From Paraspadella gotoi (lineage: Eukaryota > Animalia > Chaetognatha), in NCBI GenBank assembly GCA_051294375.1, contig CM119265.1, forward strand, positions 12,079,866-12,143,865: a stretch of DNA of 64,000 bases, in the 5' to 3' direction. Numbering within the stretch: position 1 is the first letter of the stretch; the number at the start of each line of letters is the position of its first letter. Both the position numbers and the translations under genes were made by a program. This document shows positions 22,742 to 37,222 of the stretch, piece by piece. Under the pieces are notes generated by a model that was not told the DNA's origin, did no database searches, and was given only the letters and a program-made list of their open reading frames with translations.

Positions 22742-24714
22742 GGGAACCCCGCCAAAAGAAACGTTCTTTTTTTTCGGTCTCCGTTCCTAAATAATTCGGA
22801 AAAAAAAATAGTGACATTTATAAAAATCTATCGAAATCGGATTTTTTCTCGAATAGTATTATTTATTCTGTTAACCGACCGTTTTCATGAATGAGCACGT
22901 TTTTGGTTATTTTAAAAAAAGTACTCGTGACTATTGAAAAAACTCAATATTTATGCGCATTGTACGGGAAAAAAAGGGACGCGATCAGCAACACTCGATA
23001 AATAAAAGAATTATTTCATCGTTAAAACCTCTTCGCTTTTTTTACATTAAATTTCTTTTTGTTATTCCCATAGTACTAACCGCTTTTTTTATCATCCCTT
23101 TTTATTTCAGACTAACAACAAAATCGGCCATCCACCCTAACTCGTAACCGTAAACCGTGAACCGTCACACTTTTTCTGCGCAACGAGTACCGTCACGCGT
23201 CCCAAGATTCGAACGGGTGACGCCTCGTTGGATTCGTTAAATCAACGCTCGTTAATCAATTACGCTGGGAATAAAAATAATAAAAATAGGCCGGAACAGG
23301 TTGAAAACTAGAAGTTTTCTCAAATAAATAATGGTTAAGTGACTGTTAGAGAATATGAAAATAAAAATAATTTTTAAATTTATCTTATTGATTAGCGCAA
23401 TGAAGCATTTAAAGATTATTTTATTACTATATAAAGTTTAAAATTTTTTGTTAATTTTTCATTTTTTTAATAGATTCTGATAGAGCTTTAAAAGTTAGAT
23501 AAAGGTTATTAATACAACTTTTTAAATTTTTTTTTGTTTTATTGATAAAAACTTTAAAAAAACATAAAATTCAACCAATGATGATAATGATGATGATTTT
23601 TTAAGGTTTTTTGTATTTTTAACCAATTTATAATCAAAATTTAAAAAAAATTGTAGTACTAACTTTAATTTAACTTTTCAAGCTCTATAGGAATCCGTTC
23701 TTAAAAATAAAATTTAAAAAAATTTTCATTTGTTATATATTAATAAATATTTAAAAGCTTCAATGCAAAAACCCAATAAGTTGCAAAAAGTTGCAAAAAG
23801 TTGCAAAAAGCAAAAAGCAAAAAGAAAAAAAATTGTAGTACTAACTTTAATTTAACTTTTCAAGCTCTATAGGAATCCGTTCTTAAAAATAAAATTTAAA
23901 AAAATTGTCATTTGGTATATATTAATAAATATTTAAAAGCTTCAATGCAACAACCCAATGAGTTGCAAAAAGTTGCAAAAAGCAAAAAGCAAGAAGCAAA
24001 AAGCAAAAAGTTGCTTTGAAAATCGATTTGGTAATAGAAGGAAAAAAGAAATTTTTTTGAGAGAACTAGAAGTTATAAAAAGTGTTAAATTTTGGCCCGC
24101 CTTAGTATTCAACGCCTTGTTTACGTTTACAACTTTATTAAAGTTTAGTCTAAACGCATCGATTCATATTTTTTTTACCAAAAAAAACAACAACAATAAA
24201 AAAAACCAACGACGTCAACAACAACAACGACTAAAAACGACGGAGAGAGAAGGAAGAGAAACAAAAACAAAAGACGCCTCATCCTCAGACTTTTACGTAT
24301 TTCGACCAATAAGCGGCTTTCGCTTCGGTCGTCGTCCAATCAGGAACGCGAGTTTGAAGAGAGGGACGCGCCACGAGAGAGAGGGGGAGAAAAAGAGAGG
24401 GAAAGTGAGAGATAGAGAGAGAGACAGAGAGAGAGAGAGATTCGAAAAATCCACGGAGTAAATTCGTCAAGAGACGACGATTTGTCTCGTTATTTCATTC
24501 TTGTCCTTTTTTATTTTGTTCTGTTTTTAGAACAAAAAATTGTACTTTTTTTTTATTTGAGGTATCTTTTTTTTATTTCAAATTTAGTCGGATTTATTTT
24601 TTTAGTTTAAAAAATAATTTAACCAGATGTTAATGTTATTTCAGAAACAAAGAAACATAGGCAAAATATCTTTAGATGAACTAACGAACGATCAAAAAAA
24701 AATAAAAGTGAAAC

Positions 24715-25606
24715 GGGAGGGAAAACATCAGCAGAAAAATTGGCAACAAAAAGTAAACACAAATAAAAGTAAAAGGGAAAACATCAGCAGAAAAATTGGC
24801 AACAAAAAGTAAACACAAATAAATGTAAAATGGAAAATATCATCGGAAAAATTGGCAACAAAACTTAAACACAAATAAAAGTAAAAGGGAAAACATCAGC
24901 AGAAAAATTGGCAACAAAAAGTAAACACAAATAAATGTAAAAGGGAAAATATCAGCGGAAGAATTGGCAACAAAACGTAAACACAAATAAAAGTAAAAGG
25001 GAAAACATTAGCGGAAAAATTGGCAACAAAATGTAAACACAAATAAAAGTAAAAGGGAAAACATTAAGCGGAAAAATTGGCAACAAAACGTAAACAAATA
25101 AAAGTAAAAGGGAAAACATTAGCGGAAAAATTGGCAACAAAAAAGTAAAAAAATAAAAGTAAAAGGGAAAACATCAGCAGAAAAATTGGCAACAAAACGT
25201 AAGCACAAATAAAAGTAAAAGGGAAAACTTTAGCGGAAGAATTGGCAACAAAACGTAAACACAAATAAAAGTAAAAGGGAAAACATTAGAGGAAAAATTG
25301 GCAACAAAACGTAAACACAAATAAAAGTAAAAGGGAAAACATTAGAGGAAAAATTGAAAACAAAACGTAAAAACAAATAAAAGTAAAAGGGAAAACATTA
25401 GAGGAAAAATTGGCAACAAAACGTAAACGCAAATAAAAGTAAAAGGGAAAACATTAGAAGAAAAATTAGCAACAAAACGTAAACACAAATAAAAGTAAAA
25501 GGGAAAAAATTAGAGGAAAAATTAAAAACAAAACGTAAAAACAAATAAAAGTAAAAGGGAAAACATTAGAAAAAAAATTAGCAACAAAACGTAAACACAA
25601 ATAAAA
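24715..25606. repeat. Minisatellite, ~59-bp unit, about 15 copies
   Basis: Repeated AAAACATTAGCGGAAAAATTGGCAACAAAACGTAAACACAAATAAAAGTAAAAGGG. Confidence 0.95.
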
Positions 25607-26175
25607 GCTTTTTCCTTCGAAGAAGAGAAAAGCATAAAAATCCACGTACGAGATAAAAACAAGATTTAAAAAAGGATGATACTACAGAACGAAAAAAACA
25701 TTGAACAGGATTGGAAATGTCGTTCACAATGATATAGAAGAAAACAGTAACAAGGGGGAATAGTGAAATGATAAAAATATTATAAACATGGACATTTAAC
25801 AATGAACAACGAACAATGAACGCGTGAAAAAAACTGATTGTTCTTCACTTTCGTTTTAAGACAGTTCAACTGTATTCGATTCGCTTATATCGTTATTGTA
25901 CTCAGCATGTATTTCACGCTTGTTGAATTAGTATTTTAATTTATGAAACTACCATAAAGTTGGCATCGAATTGATCATAAAGTTTACTAAATGAATTTAA
26001 TACTGCGTTTAAATAAATAAATACGTCGCGACCGAAAAAAAACATTCCACGTTTCACTACTTGAAATAGTGAAGTATTCTCATTACTCTCCCCATAGATA
26101 TTATTCACCCATAAAAAGAAAAAAAAAGAATAAAAAATAAAGAAGCCAAGGACAGAGATTTTCCGAAGTCTCCAA

Positions 26176-26240
<65 letters not shown>

Positions 26241-26644
26241 TCTCTTTCATCATGGTGAAAACGACGCCAAAAAATGCCAAGAAATTGAGCGGAAGAAAAA
26301 AAATATATAAAAATGAATGAATAATTTTAAAAAAAAGTAAAAGAAGAGCTCATTTGTGTGACTTTATCGTCGTCATCATCGTCGTCCCACGTCACGTCCC
26401 ACGTCACGTTCTTCCGGCGCGAAAAACGCCGCCTCAAGAAACGACGATGAAATGGACTCCGAAGTCACTAACGCTCATGGTAAGTCTCATAAGAAGAGAA
26501 AGTTAGGGAGGAACGGCTTAGAGTGGGTTTTGAATAGAGGAAAAGGCCAAAAGAGGGTAGAGGAAAAAGAGAGAGGGAGAGAGAGAGGGAGAGATAGGAA
26601 TAGAGAGATAGGAATAGAGAGAGTGAAAGAGAGAGAGAGATAGG

Positions 26645-26692
<48 letters not shown>

Positions 26693-27313
26693 AAGAGAGA
26701 GATATAGGAAGAGAGAGAGAGAGGAATAGAGAGATAGGAAGAGAGAGAGTGAAAGAGAGAGAGATAGGAAGAGAGTGAGTGAAAGAGATAGAGAGACAGA
26801 GAGAGACAGGGAGAGAGATAGAGAGAGAGATAGAGAGGGAGAGAGAGAGAGAAAGAGAAAGAGATAGAGAGTAAGGCGTAGTAAAATTCCTAAGTTTAAC
26901 TTTAATTAAAATTCTAAAAGTGAGGAACGAACAATATTATACTTATGAACATTTATGTATAAAAAAATTTATAATAAATTTTACAATTTACGCAGTAGGC
27001 CATATTTATACTAGTACTAAACCAATACCACTGATAGGACGTTCTTCAGTTAAAAAAACGGTTGGCTATAGTTATCTTTTTCTTATAACATCGAGCACAC
27101 AAGGTGAATTTCTATGCCTTCAAAATACGGTAAGACATGATTTCTTCAATCAAATCTCGTTATCTGCTTAATTTAAGAACAAAGTACATGCGATTTTTCA
27201 TGGTAAGTCTAACTTTTAAAGATAAAATTGCTCATAGGAATTTAGTCGTCAATCAGATTCACAGAACTCTTCAGGATAAAGATGACACTTAATCTTTTTC
27301 TTTTTTCCCTCCC

Positions 27314-27600
27314 TTTTTATCGAGCCATGACCGGCAAAGCCGGTTCAGGCTTGATTTTGTTTCGGGTCAGCTTCTTGGTGTGTCGTCGTCGTCCGTCGTC
27401 GTCCGGTCACGCTTTTTGTATAAAAACTACTATACACTTTTAAGTTTGGCTGGTGACTTACCGAGTTTTTTATCGAGCCTTACGCGGCGAAGCCGGGTGC
27501 AGGCTTGTAAGTATTGATTCAGGGTATGCTTCTTTGTGACGTGTGTGGTCGTGCTGTCACGCTTTTGTTATAAAAACTCTACGCTTTTATAGTTTTGGCT
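27314..27600 (+). mobile_element. Two tandem 5' heads of a second HINE/pearl-like family (also at about 28998, 53963 and 54070)
   Basis: TTTTTATCGAGCC..CCGG(CGAAG)CCGG..CAGGCT hairpin followed by (GTC)n and TCACGCTTTT. Confidence 0.55.
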
Positions 27601-29639
27601 TGGACTTACCTTTTTTTTAAATAAAAATTATTATGAATTATGATAATTTTTAAAAAGTGTGCGATCATAGTAAGTTAAAAATTTAGATATGGCTTCTCAT
27701 ACTTAAATGCTTTGATATTTTCTTATTACATTTGGATTTAAGTATTTTTTTGTTTGAATTTCCCTTCATTATGATTTACTGCAATATGCAAATGAGATTA
27801 TAGTACTCATTATAATATCCAAATTAGTATATAAAATGCTTTAATCTAATTTACATATTGCAGTATATAATATTGAAGATGAATTCAAAAATTTTTTTTA
27901 AATCTATAATAAAAATGGGAACTCAAGGAACTCTTTTAATGAGAAGCTATATCTTAATTTTAATACAATAAAAATAAAATCTTTTACACAGCTGCTGACT
28001 TGGAAAAATTGGTAAAAATTTTCCAGATTGTATACATGTAACATTTTTTCGCTTTTTTTATTTATTTCTTTAATTATATATGTATTTTTTTTAAGGCCAG
28101 GGATCACTCAACCTAAAATTGTAGAAATCTTTAATTTACTGTATCTTAATCATTTTCTCTCACTATCTTGTTAAGAGGTTTTTCTATTGAAAAATAATCT
28201 GAAAACTTTTAAAAATCTAGCATAATATGTTCATAAAAATTTAACAAATTTTTTTCTTCGGTAAACTAGATTTTCAGAGAAAAATATTTTTTTATATGTA
28301 AGCATAATTTCGTTACAACTAAATTTTTAACTTAAAACTGATTCTTTACAGTAATGCTCATTTCTAACTTCTTATATTTAATTCTTCTCTTTGCTACAAG
28401 TACCATACTTGGAGTTGTATTCACTAATAATCTAAATAAACTACTCTACACATTTTCCAGACGGGTTTTTTATACTTTTATGAGTTTTATGAGTTAAAAA
28501 ACTTATGAATTTATTTCAATTTGACTTTTTACTTTATGTAAATGTTAATGAGTTTAATGAGTACAGAATTTACTTTCTTGACGAAGTAAAGTTAAAAACG
28601 AAGAGTTGCAGCTCAAACCGTTGGACTCTTCTTGAGAAAAAAATATCTTGGGCAAGAAAGGAAAGGTGGGGAGATTCTATGAGCCGTTTTTGAAAAAATG
28701 TTTTTCGTTTCAAAGATATCAAGGAATTAATCCAAAATTGATTAAAATAATCAATTTCTATGAAGGAGGAAAATTTTGAAAGTATCTTTTCATAGAATTG
28801 GAGTTCGTAACTAAAGGTAATTCATGCCAAATTCATGTGAAGAACGCCTTACGTTTGGGCGTGAACTCTCAACATAGGTTTCTTTTATTTTAAATACAAC
28901 GAAAAATTTTGAACGTCCTTTGAAAAAAATAGTAAAGTGAATACATTTCGGAAATCGTCAGGAGCTCCTTTCGAAATCCGAGCTCGGTTTAGCCTAATTT
29001 ATCGAGCCATGACCGGCGAAGCCGCGTTCAGGCTCTATTGTTTTAGTATTGCTTCTGTACGTGTCGTCGTCGTCGTGTCGTCGTCGTCGGCGTCACCGCT
29101 TTTTTTATAAAAACTACGCTTTTATAGTTTTGGCTAGGACTTACCTTTTTTTTAAATAAAAAATTATTATGAATTATTAAGTTTTAAAAAGTGGCGATCA
29201 TAGTAAGTTAAAAAATTAGATATGGCTTTCTCAACTTAAAATAGCTTTGAAATTTTCTTATTACATTTGATTTAAGTATTTTTTGTTTGAATTTCACTCA
29301 TTATGATTTACTGCAATATGTAAATGAGATTTATAGTAGTCTTATATATCCAAATTAGATATATAGAAATGCTTTAATCTAATTTACATATTGCAGTATA
29401 TTAATGATTGAAGATGGAATTCAAAAATTTTTTTTAAATCTTTAATAAAAATGGGAACTCAAAGGACCTTTTTTTAATGAGAAGCTATATCTTAATTTTA
29501 ATACAAATAAAAATAAAATCTTTTACAAGCTGGATTGGAAAAATTGTGAAAAGTTTCCAATTGTAAACATTGTAACATTTTTTGTCTTTCTTTTATTTAT
29601 TTCTTTAATTTTATATATATTTCTTCTTTTTTAGCGCTG

Positions 29640-29867
29640 GCCTCCTTTCTGAACTCTTTAAAAACGAGTAGGTCTCCAGTTTTTCTCGATCTGTCCTTCT
29701 TCTCTTTTGTTGTCTCCTCTCTGTACGATCTCTTGCGTGATCTCGTTTTTTGAAAAATTTGATTATTTTTTTCTTTCTAAAAACATATATATTTGATCAG
29801 GCGCTGCCTTTTTCTGAATCGTTTAAAAAAAACGAGTTCAGGCTCTCTCTCTCTCTCCCCGTCTCCT

Positions 29868-29903
<36 letters not shown>

Positions 29904-30260
29904 ATCAGAAAAATTATTTCATGCTGGTTGTTTTACCACCGTTTTTTGAAAAATTCTTATTATTTCTTTCCTTCTAAAAACTTTTATTATCGCCATTTAT
30001 TCCGCGCTTCTTTCTCAATACAAAATCCCAAATTACATCTGAGATTTTTCGTGGATTTTTTGAGAAAATGTGAAGAATAACTTACTTGACCTGGATTTTC
30101 GTGCCGTTGCGGGGCAACGAGTAAACAATGTCGAGGACATACCTAATAACGCGTTTTGATGGCAACGGAAACGTTACGTGTATAAAAAAAATCAACTTGA
30201 CCGAGATCACGCCCGATATAAACAAGAGTGACTAATATTGCGTATTCGTTGGCGGGAAAA

Positions 30261-30316
<56 letters not shown>

Positions 30317-30837
30317 TACAAAAAAAAAAATTTATTCACTTGTAAACGAGTAAACGAGTTCCGGCTCTCTCTCTCCTCTCTCTCTCTCTATCTTTCTCTC
30401 TATCTGTCTCTCTCTCTCTTTCTCTCTTTCTATCTCTTTTTTTGTACAAAATAATTTTTAGTCACCTTTTTTTCACCTCCGTCATTAAACGAGTATCTAA
30501 CATGGCTCGTCTGGCTATTCAACCTCTCGTTTTTAAAATAAAGTTCTCGTTTAGTCACTTGTTTTATTCCATCCAGCGCGAAACGAGTAAACGAGTTCCG
30601 GCTTTGTTAGCCTTCGTCTCTGTCCATCTCTACTCTCCTCTTCTCTCTCTTCGAGTGATCGTGCGTTTTTTAAAAATTCGTTATTATTTTTTCCTTCTAA
30701 AAACTTTATTATCCCATTTATTTTTTTTTCTCTATACAAAATCCCAAATTTACAATCCGAGATTTTCATGGATTCATTTTGCTGCTGTACATATAGCTGC
30801 TATATGTCCGGCAATTGCGCGGAGTAATTAAATTGCA

Positions 30838-30868
<31 letters not shown>

Positions 30869-33700
30869 ATACCAAAAACAGTATTGACAAAATCAAAACA
30901 GTATCAGTGTAAAAAACTAGAAAGCAGTAAACAAGTAAAACTAAACTATTAAAATTCAACAGAAAAAAAAAGACACTAACGTTTAAATTGCATATATAAT
31001 TTTCTACAAAAAAAATTGTTTTTTGTTTGTTTATTACTGTAACTTTGGACGTCGGCCCACTATTGGCAAATTATAATCTAAAAATAGGAGTTGAGAAGAG
31101 AGATATTGTCAAATTAAAACTTACTTTTTTTGTATTCTAACTAATTTTACCAATTTTAAAATTTGTAAATTTTTTAGTGTATATATTTAATCATTTTTAT
31201 CTTTTTTAAAATAATATTATTTGATTGGGATAAATATTTATAATTAGTTATATATGCAAATATAAATTTGACCTCGTCTGGTTTCTTCTTAAAAAAAAGA
31301 ACAATCTAAAATTTCATTCAAGATTAAACTTTTTTAAGATGAGGACATAACAATTTTTATTGATATAAGTAAAAAAAAATATTAGAAAGGAAAAAGAGTT
31401 CGTCCCTACTCAGATACGTCGAAAAAACGAGTTCAGCTCTGCAGGGCGGTCCAGCTTCTCTCTATTTTCTCTCTCTCTCTCTCCTCATCTCTCCCTCTCT
31501 CCTCTCTCTCTCATCTTCTTCTTTCTTTTTCTTCTATTTTATTCCCGCCAATTTATTCCGCGCTTTTTTCTCAATACAAAATCGCCAAATTTACATCCGA
31601 GATTTCTGTGGATTTCTTTTCGAAAAAATTTGAATTATTCTTTATATAAACGATGAGTGAAAAATGACCAGCCTCTCTCCTCTTTCTCTCATCTCTCTCT
31701 TCTCTCTCTCTCTCTCTCTTTTCATCTCATACAGCATTTGTTTGTTTTATTTACTGATGAATGATTATCGCGTCAATGAATGACTATCATTGCATCAATG
31801 AATGATTATCATCATATCATGAATGATTATCATCACATCAATGAATGACTATCATCGCATCAATATTTGATTATCATCACATCAGTTATTTTGTTATCAT
31901 GCGCATCAATTATTGGTTATCATCCGCATCAATATTTGTTACATCGCATCAAATATTTGGTTACCATCGAAAGCGGCTTCGAATCCCTATTGCTTTTAAG
32001 ATTTTTATTACTTTGAATTGAGTGATCCCGGACCTTAAGGCGCTGCCTTTTCTGAATCGTTTAAAAACGAGTTCAGTCTCTCTCTGTCTCTCTTTGTGTC
32101 GTCTGTCTCTCTCTGTAACGATCTCTTGCGTGATCGTTCGTTTTTTGAAAAATTCTGATTATTTTTTTTTTCTTTCTATAAAAACATATTTGATCAGGCG
32201 CTGCCTTTTCTGAATCGTTTAAAAAAAACCGAGTTCAGGCTCTCTCTCTCTCTCTCCGTCTCCCTCCGTCTCCTCTCTCTCTCTCTCTCTCTCTTTTTTT
32301 TTTTTACAAAATAATTTTTTAGTCAATTTTTTTTTCACCACCGTCACTGGGCGACGAGTAACGATTAAACGAGTTCCGGCTCTCTCTCTCTCTCTCCTTT
32401 CTATCTTTCTTTCTCTCTCTCTCTTTTTTTTTACAAAAAAAAAATTTTTAGTCACTTTTTTTTTCACCACCATCCATTAGGCGACGAGTAAACGAGTTCC
32501 GGCTCTGTTCAGCTTCTTTCTCTCTATGTACGATCATTCGTTTTTGAAAAATTCTTATTATTTTTTTTTTCAAAAAACTTTTTATCGCCATTTATTTTTT
32601 TTTCTCATTACAAAATCCGAAATTTACATCCGAGATTTTCGTGGATTCATTTTTAGTAAAAGGGAAGAATAACTTATAATGCAGGCAATGTCACATGTAC
32701 ACCACTTGCTGCTGTACAAATACCTGCTATATGTCCGGCAATTGCGCGGATTAATTAAATTGCATGTATAATTTTCTAAAAAAAAATAATTTTTTTTGTT
32801 TTTTGTTTATTATTGTAACTTTGGACCGGTCGCCCACTATTGAACAAATTATATCTAAAATAGGAGTTCAGAAGAGAGAAATAGTCAATTAAACATTACT
32901 TTTTTTGTTATTCTGATAATTTTTACAATTTAATTTGTAAATTTTTTTAGTGTATTATTTAATCATTTTTATCCTTTTTTTAAAATAATAATTATTGAGT
33001 TGGGATAAATATTTATAAATTAGTTAAATATGCAAATATGAAATTGACCTCAGTCTGGTTTCTTCTTAAAAAAAAGAACAATCTAAAATTTCATTCAAGA
33101 TTAAACTTTTTTATAGAAAGGAAAAGTTTCGTCCCTACTCAGATTCATCGAAAACGAGTTCAGCGGCGGTCCAGCTTCTCTCTATCTTCTCTCTCTCTCT
33201 CTCTCCTCTCTCATCTTTTCTTTCTATTTATTCCGCCATTTATTCCGCGCTTTTTTTCTCAATACAAAAATCCCAAATTTACATCCAAGATTTTCGTGGA
33301 TTTTTTTCTAAAAATTCTGATTATTTTTTATATAAACGAGAGTGAAACTTGACCAGCCTCTCTCTCTCTCTATCTTCTCTCTCTTTTTTCTTCTTTCTCT
33401 CTCTCTCTCTCTCATTCATACACGCATTTGTTTGTTTTATTTATTTATTTATTTATTTATTTCATCGCGTCAATGAATGACTATCATCGCATCAATGAAT
33501 GCTTTCATCAAATCAATGAATGATTATCATCACATCAATGAATGACTATCATCGCATCAATCATTTGATTATCATCACATCAGTTTTTTGTTATCATCGC
33601 ATCAATTATTGGTTATCATCGCATCAATATTTGGTTATCATCGCATCAATATTTGGTACCATCGAAAGCAGGCTCGATCCTTTATGCTTTTAAGATTTAT
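29640..33700. repeat. Imperfect tandem duplication of a composite repeat; inverted relatives at about 17920-18720 and 19980-20350
   Basis: About 29640-32005 and 32030-33700 are collinear with many 1-bp indels; both end in ATCGCATCAAT tandem units and GATCC.TATGCTTTTAAGATTT. Confidence 0.75.
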
Positions 33701-36700
33701 TTAATAAAAATTATTATGAAATTATGATAAAGTTTTTACAAAAGTTGCGATCATAGTAAGTTAAAAATTTGATATGGCTTTTCATCTTGAAATAGCTTGT
33801 GATATTTTCATATTACATTTGGATTNNNNNNNNNNNNNNNNNNNNNNNNNGAAGACTTTTTCAATGGAGATTTTCGTTAAAATCTGACTACCAATAATGT
33901 CAACGCTCCTCTGGGAAAAATTCAGGTAAAAAACAGATGTAAAAACACTCTATTCCGATCCTGTTACATCTCAAGGGCTCACTTTTTTTTTTCTTGACAA
34001 ATAACCATCATTTTGACATCAAACCATCAGATTCAAATGGACAGGTCAGCTCAGGAAAATATTTTAGATGCGATTTTTATATATAAAATAAAGGGATTTC
34101 TCAACTTCAATACAATGTCAACGCCTTTAAGGTATGTTGTCATTTTACGATAAACTTCGAATTCAGGAATCCGATAGCCATATGTCTGAAGGGCTCACAA
34201 AAGTTTTCTTTTTCTTGTATTTAGCCATTTACATATCAAACGGTCAGGTTAAAGTGAAATGGTCCAGTTATTATCGCGAAATTTTTATTTAACATAAAAA
34301 TAAAGGAGAGAAGAATGAAATTTTTATTTAATATGAAACTAAAGGAAAATCTTTTTTGTCAGGTTACTAGTAAAACCGATGTTCTTTTTTTTCCTGTTTA
34401 TCTTGAATCAGCTGACGAGTGCAGCAGCGGCTCAGGACTTAAAGTGANNNNNNNNNNTTAACATTTTACTTTATTTTAATTTATCTGTTATTGACTAATT
34501 GACTAATGATCATGTTTATCAGTTTATTTGTCATGTTTATTATTAAATATTCATAGCATTTAGATATTGAAACAGAAAATAATTTGACTTGTTAATTGAA
34601 TGACTTTTGTTTTCCCTTTAAGGTCGAGTCTTGTCTTGGTTTTGGTTTTGCACAGAGGTCGCTGCGGCTCCCAGCAGCAGCACCACATGCCACAAAACCA
34701 CATGCTCACGTGTCGGGAGCTAGATAATCGCGCCTTGGAATGGATCGGATCGGATCGGTTCATCCGGGCTGAGTCCAACTAGCGGTCAAGAATGTTTCAG
34801 TCTCCTTGAAGTATCACGATGTGGTCATGGCCTTGAAAGAAGAAGTGGCACTGAAGATCCGTGATTTCTCGACGACCCGCCAAATTTGTCCCGGACAGCG
34901 TACTGCCGCCCGATGCCAACGCACTGCTTCAAGCCCTGCAACGCGAGATAGATGCCCTGCCACCGGTCAACGTGACACGCCACGCTTATCAATTTAAGGT
35001 GGAACAAGGTAAAAACTAAGAGTTCTGTAATATATCCCTGTGGGATAACGAAATTAAAAAAAATTGTATAGTTAATAACATAGCATTTAAAGTTTATCGT
35101 ATTACTATAAATCATAAAATTTTTTTTTACAAATTCAGAATTTTTAAAAGCAGATTCTAGTACAGCAGAAAAAATAAAAAATATTATTACAAGATTTCAA
35201 AATTCTTGTTTTATTGGCTAAAATACTAAAATTATGCAAAACTTAAATAATAATTTAAATAAATATGGGTTATGATGATGGTTTTTTAAGGGTTTTGCCA
35301 TTATTTAACCCACTTATCATCAAAATAATTGAAAATACCTTGTTGTACATAACTTTTTCGGGTTATTTGAATCCGTTCTAAAAAAAAATAGAATTTTTTA
35401 CTAAAACAATTTTCATTGCCTATTTTTAATTCGGTTCACAGACGATATCCTGCACGTTTACCGTTTTTGCTGCTTCGAATTTAATGCCAATATTTCTGCT
35501 TATTCAAGCTGGTTTATTTCTAAAGTTAAAATGTTTATATTTTTATGCTATGTAATCGCCATAATTTTATAAAGTTCGAACGTGTATACCAGGTCCGCTC
35601 TAAATATGGTCTTTATACTCGTTTTTAATAAGTTTTTAATGCGTTTATAATTCGAACATTTTATATTAAATCGTTGTATAATCTTTTCACAGTCCAGCGC
35701 GTAAATTTTCTTGCTCTTTTCTTCGGATCCTTCATTCCTACTGCTTTCCGCTATGTCTTACCCGGACCCTTTCATCGTTTATTATTTTCAACGAATTTCA
35801 TTTATGGTTCTAATATACATATTGGATATATTGGCTTATTGTTTTGATACGTCGTTATACTTCGTTATGTATANNNNNNNNNNNNNNNNNNNNNNNNNGT
35901 TTTATGGCTAAAATAGCCAAAATACAAAAAAATTATGGGTTTATGATTGATGGTTTTTTAAGGGTTTTGCCATTATTTAACCCACTTATCATCAAAATAT
36001 TGAAAAATACCTTGTTGTACATAACTTTTTCTGGTTATTTGAATCCGTTCTAAAAAAAAATAGAATTTTTTACTAAAACAATTTTCATTGCCTATTTTTA
36101 ATTCGGTTCACAGACGATATCCTGGCACGTTATACCGTTTTTGCTGCTTCGAATTTAATGCCAAATTTCTCTGCTTATTCAACGCTGTTTATTTCTAAAT
36201 TAAAATGTATATTTTTATGCTTATGTAATCGCCAAAATTCTATAAAGTTCGACGTGTATACCAGGTCCGTCTAAATGGTTCTTACTCGTTTTTAATAAGT
36301 TTTTAATGCGTTTATAATTTCGAACATTTTATATTAAATCGTTGTATAATCTGTTTCACAGTCCAGCGCTGCTTTCTCGGGATCCCATTCCGACGCTTTT
36401 TGCGATGCTTTACGGCTGCTTTCTCGGATTCCTTTCCGATGCTTTTCCGATGCTTTACGGATGCCCTTACGGTTTTATTTCACGAATTCATTATGGTTCT
36501 ATACAATTGGATATTTGCTTATTTTGAACGTTTATACTTCGTTATGTTATGTTTATATTACAACAATATATGATGCTAAACTGTAAAACACGTCTTCAAT
36601 GCTTAAAGTCATACAAAGTGAATAGCCCGCACCTAGGTTTAGTAGAAAAACCTAACAGCCTATGCATTGATAAATATTTCAATGCTTCAATGTTATACTG

Positions 36701-37179
36701 TGCTTCACTAGTTTAAAAAGTGATATTAAATATTGATAAGGTATATGATGGAATATTAAACACTATATATATATTATACACTATATATATGTTATAATAT
36801 ATACTAGATACATTTGAATCCGACAATATTTTACTTTGATAACTGTTCGTTTTTCCAAGCTCTTTTTAACTAAAGTTTTGTTAAAAAAAAAAACTTTTTC
36901 GCCCGAGGCAGGGGTGTTGAAGAGCCAAAATATCGAAATTCACCGTTTCTTAGTATTTTCAGTTAATTTTTTAATATAATAATCTTTAATCAAGTTAATT
37001 ACTTAAGATAAAGATTTTAATTTATCCTATTTAACTGTTGAAAGGCTAAAATGTCTAAATAGTTTTATAATTTACTATTTTTTTAAAGATAACATATTTT
37101 AATCATGGTAATGAAAATATTTGATAACTTTAAATGGTTTAAGTTAATAAATTAATTTAATATTTTTTTTAAAAACTTT

Positions 37180-37222
37180 GACGCTGCTGAAGGCTGAAAT
37201 TGAAAGGCAAAATATGTTCGTC
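37180..37222 (+). pseudogene. Degenerate hammerhead ribozyme relic
   Basis: GACG-CTGcTGA-A-GGCT..AGGC-aAAA-tATGTt-CGTC: spacing and stem I are retained, the catalytic core is mutated. Confidence 0.6.

Noticed and set aside
24715-25606. Regularly spaced repeats resembling a CRISPR array (also 55545-56220 and 60982-61692)
   Set aside because: There are no unique spacers and no cas genes, and the context is eukaryotic; these are minisatellites.
34410-34445. CTGACGAG as a possible hammerhead core
   Set aside because: No downstream stem II-GAAA-stem III arrangement before the gap.
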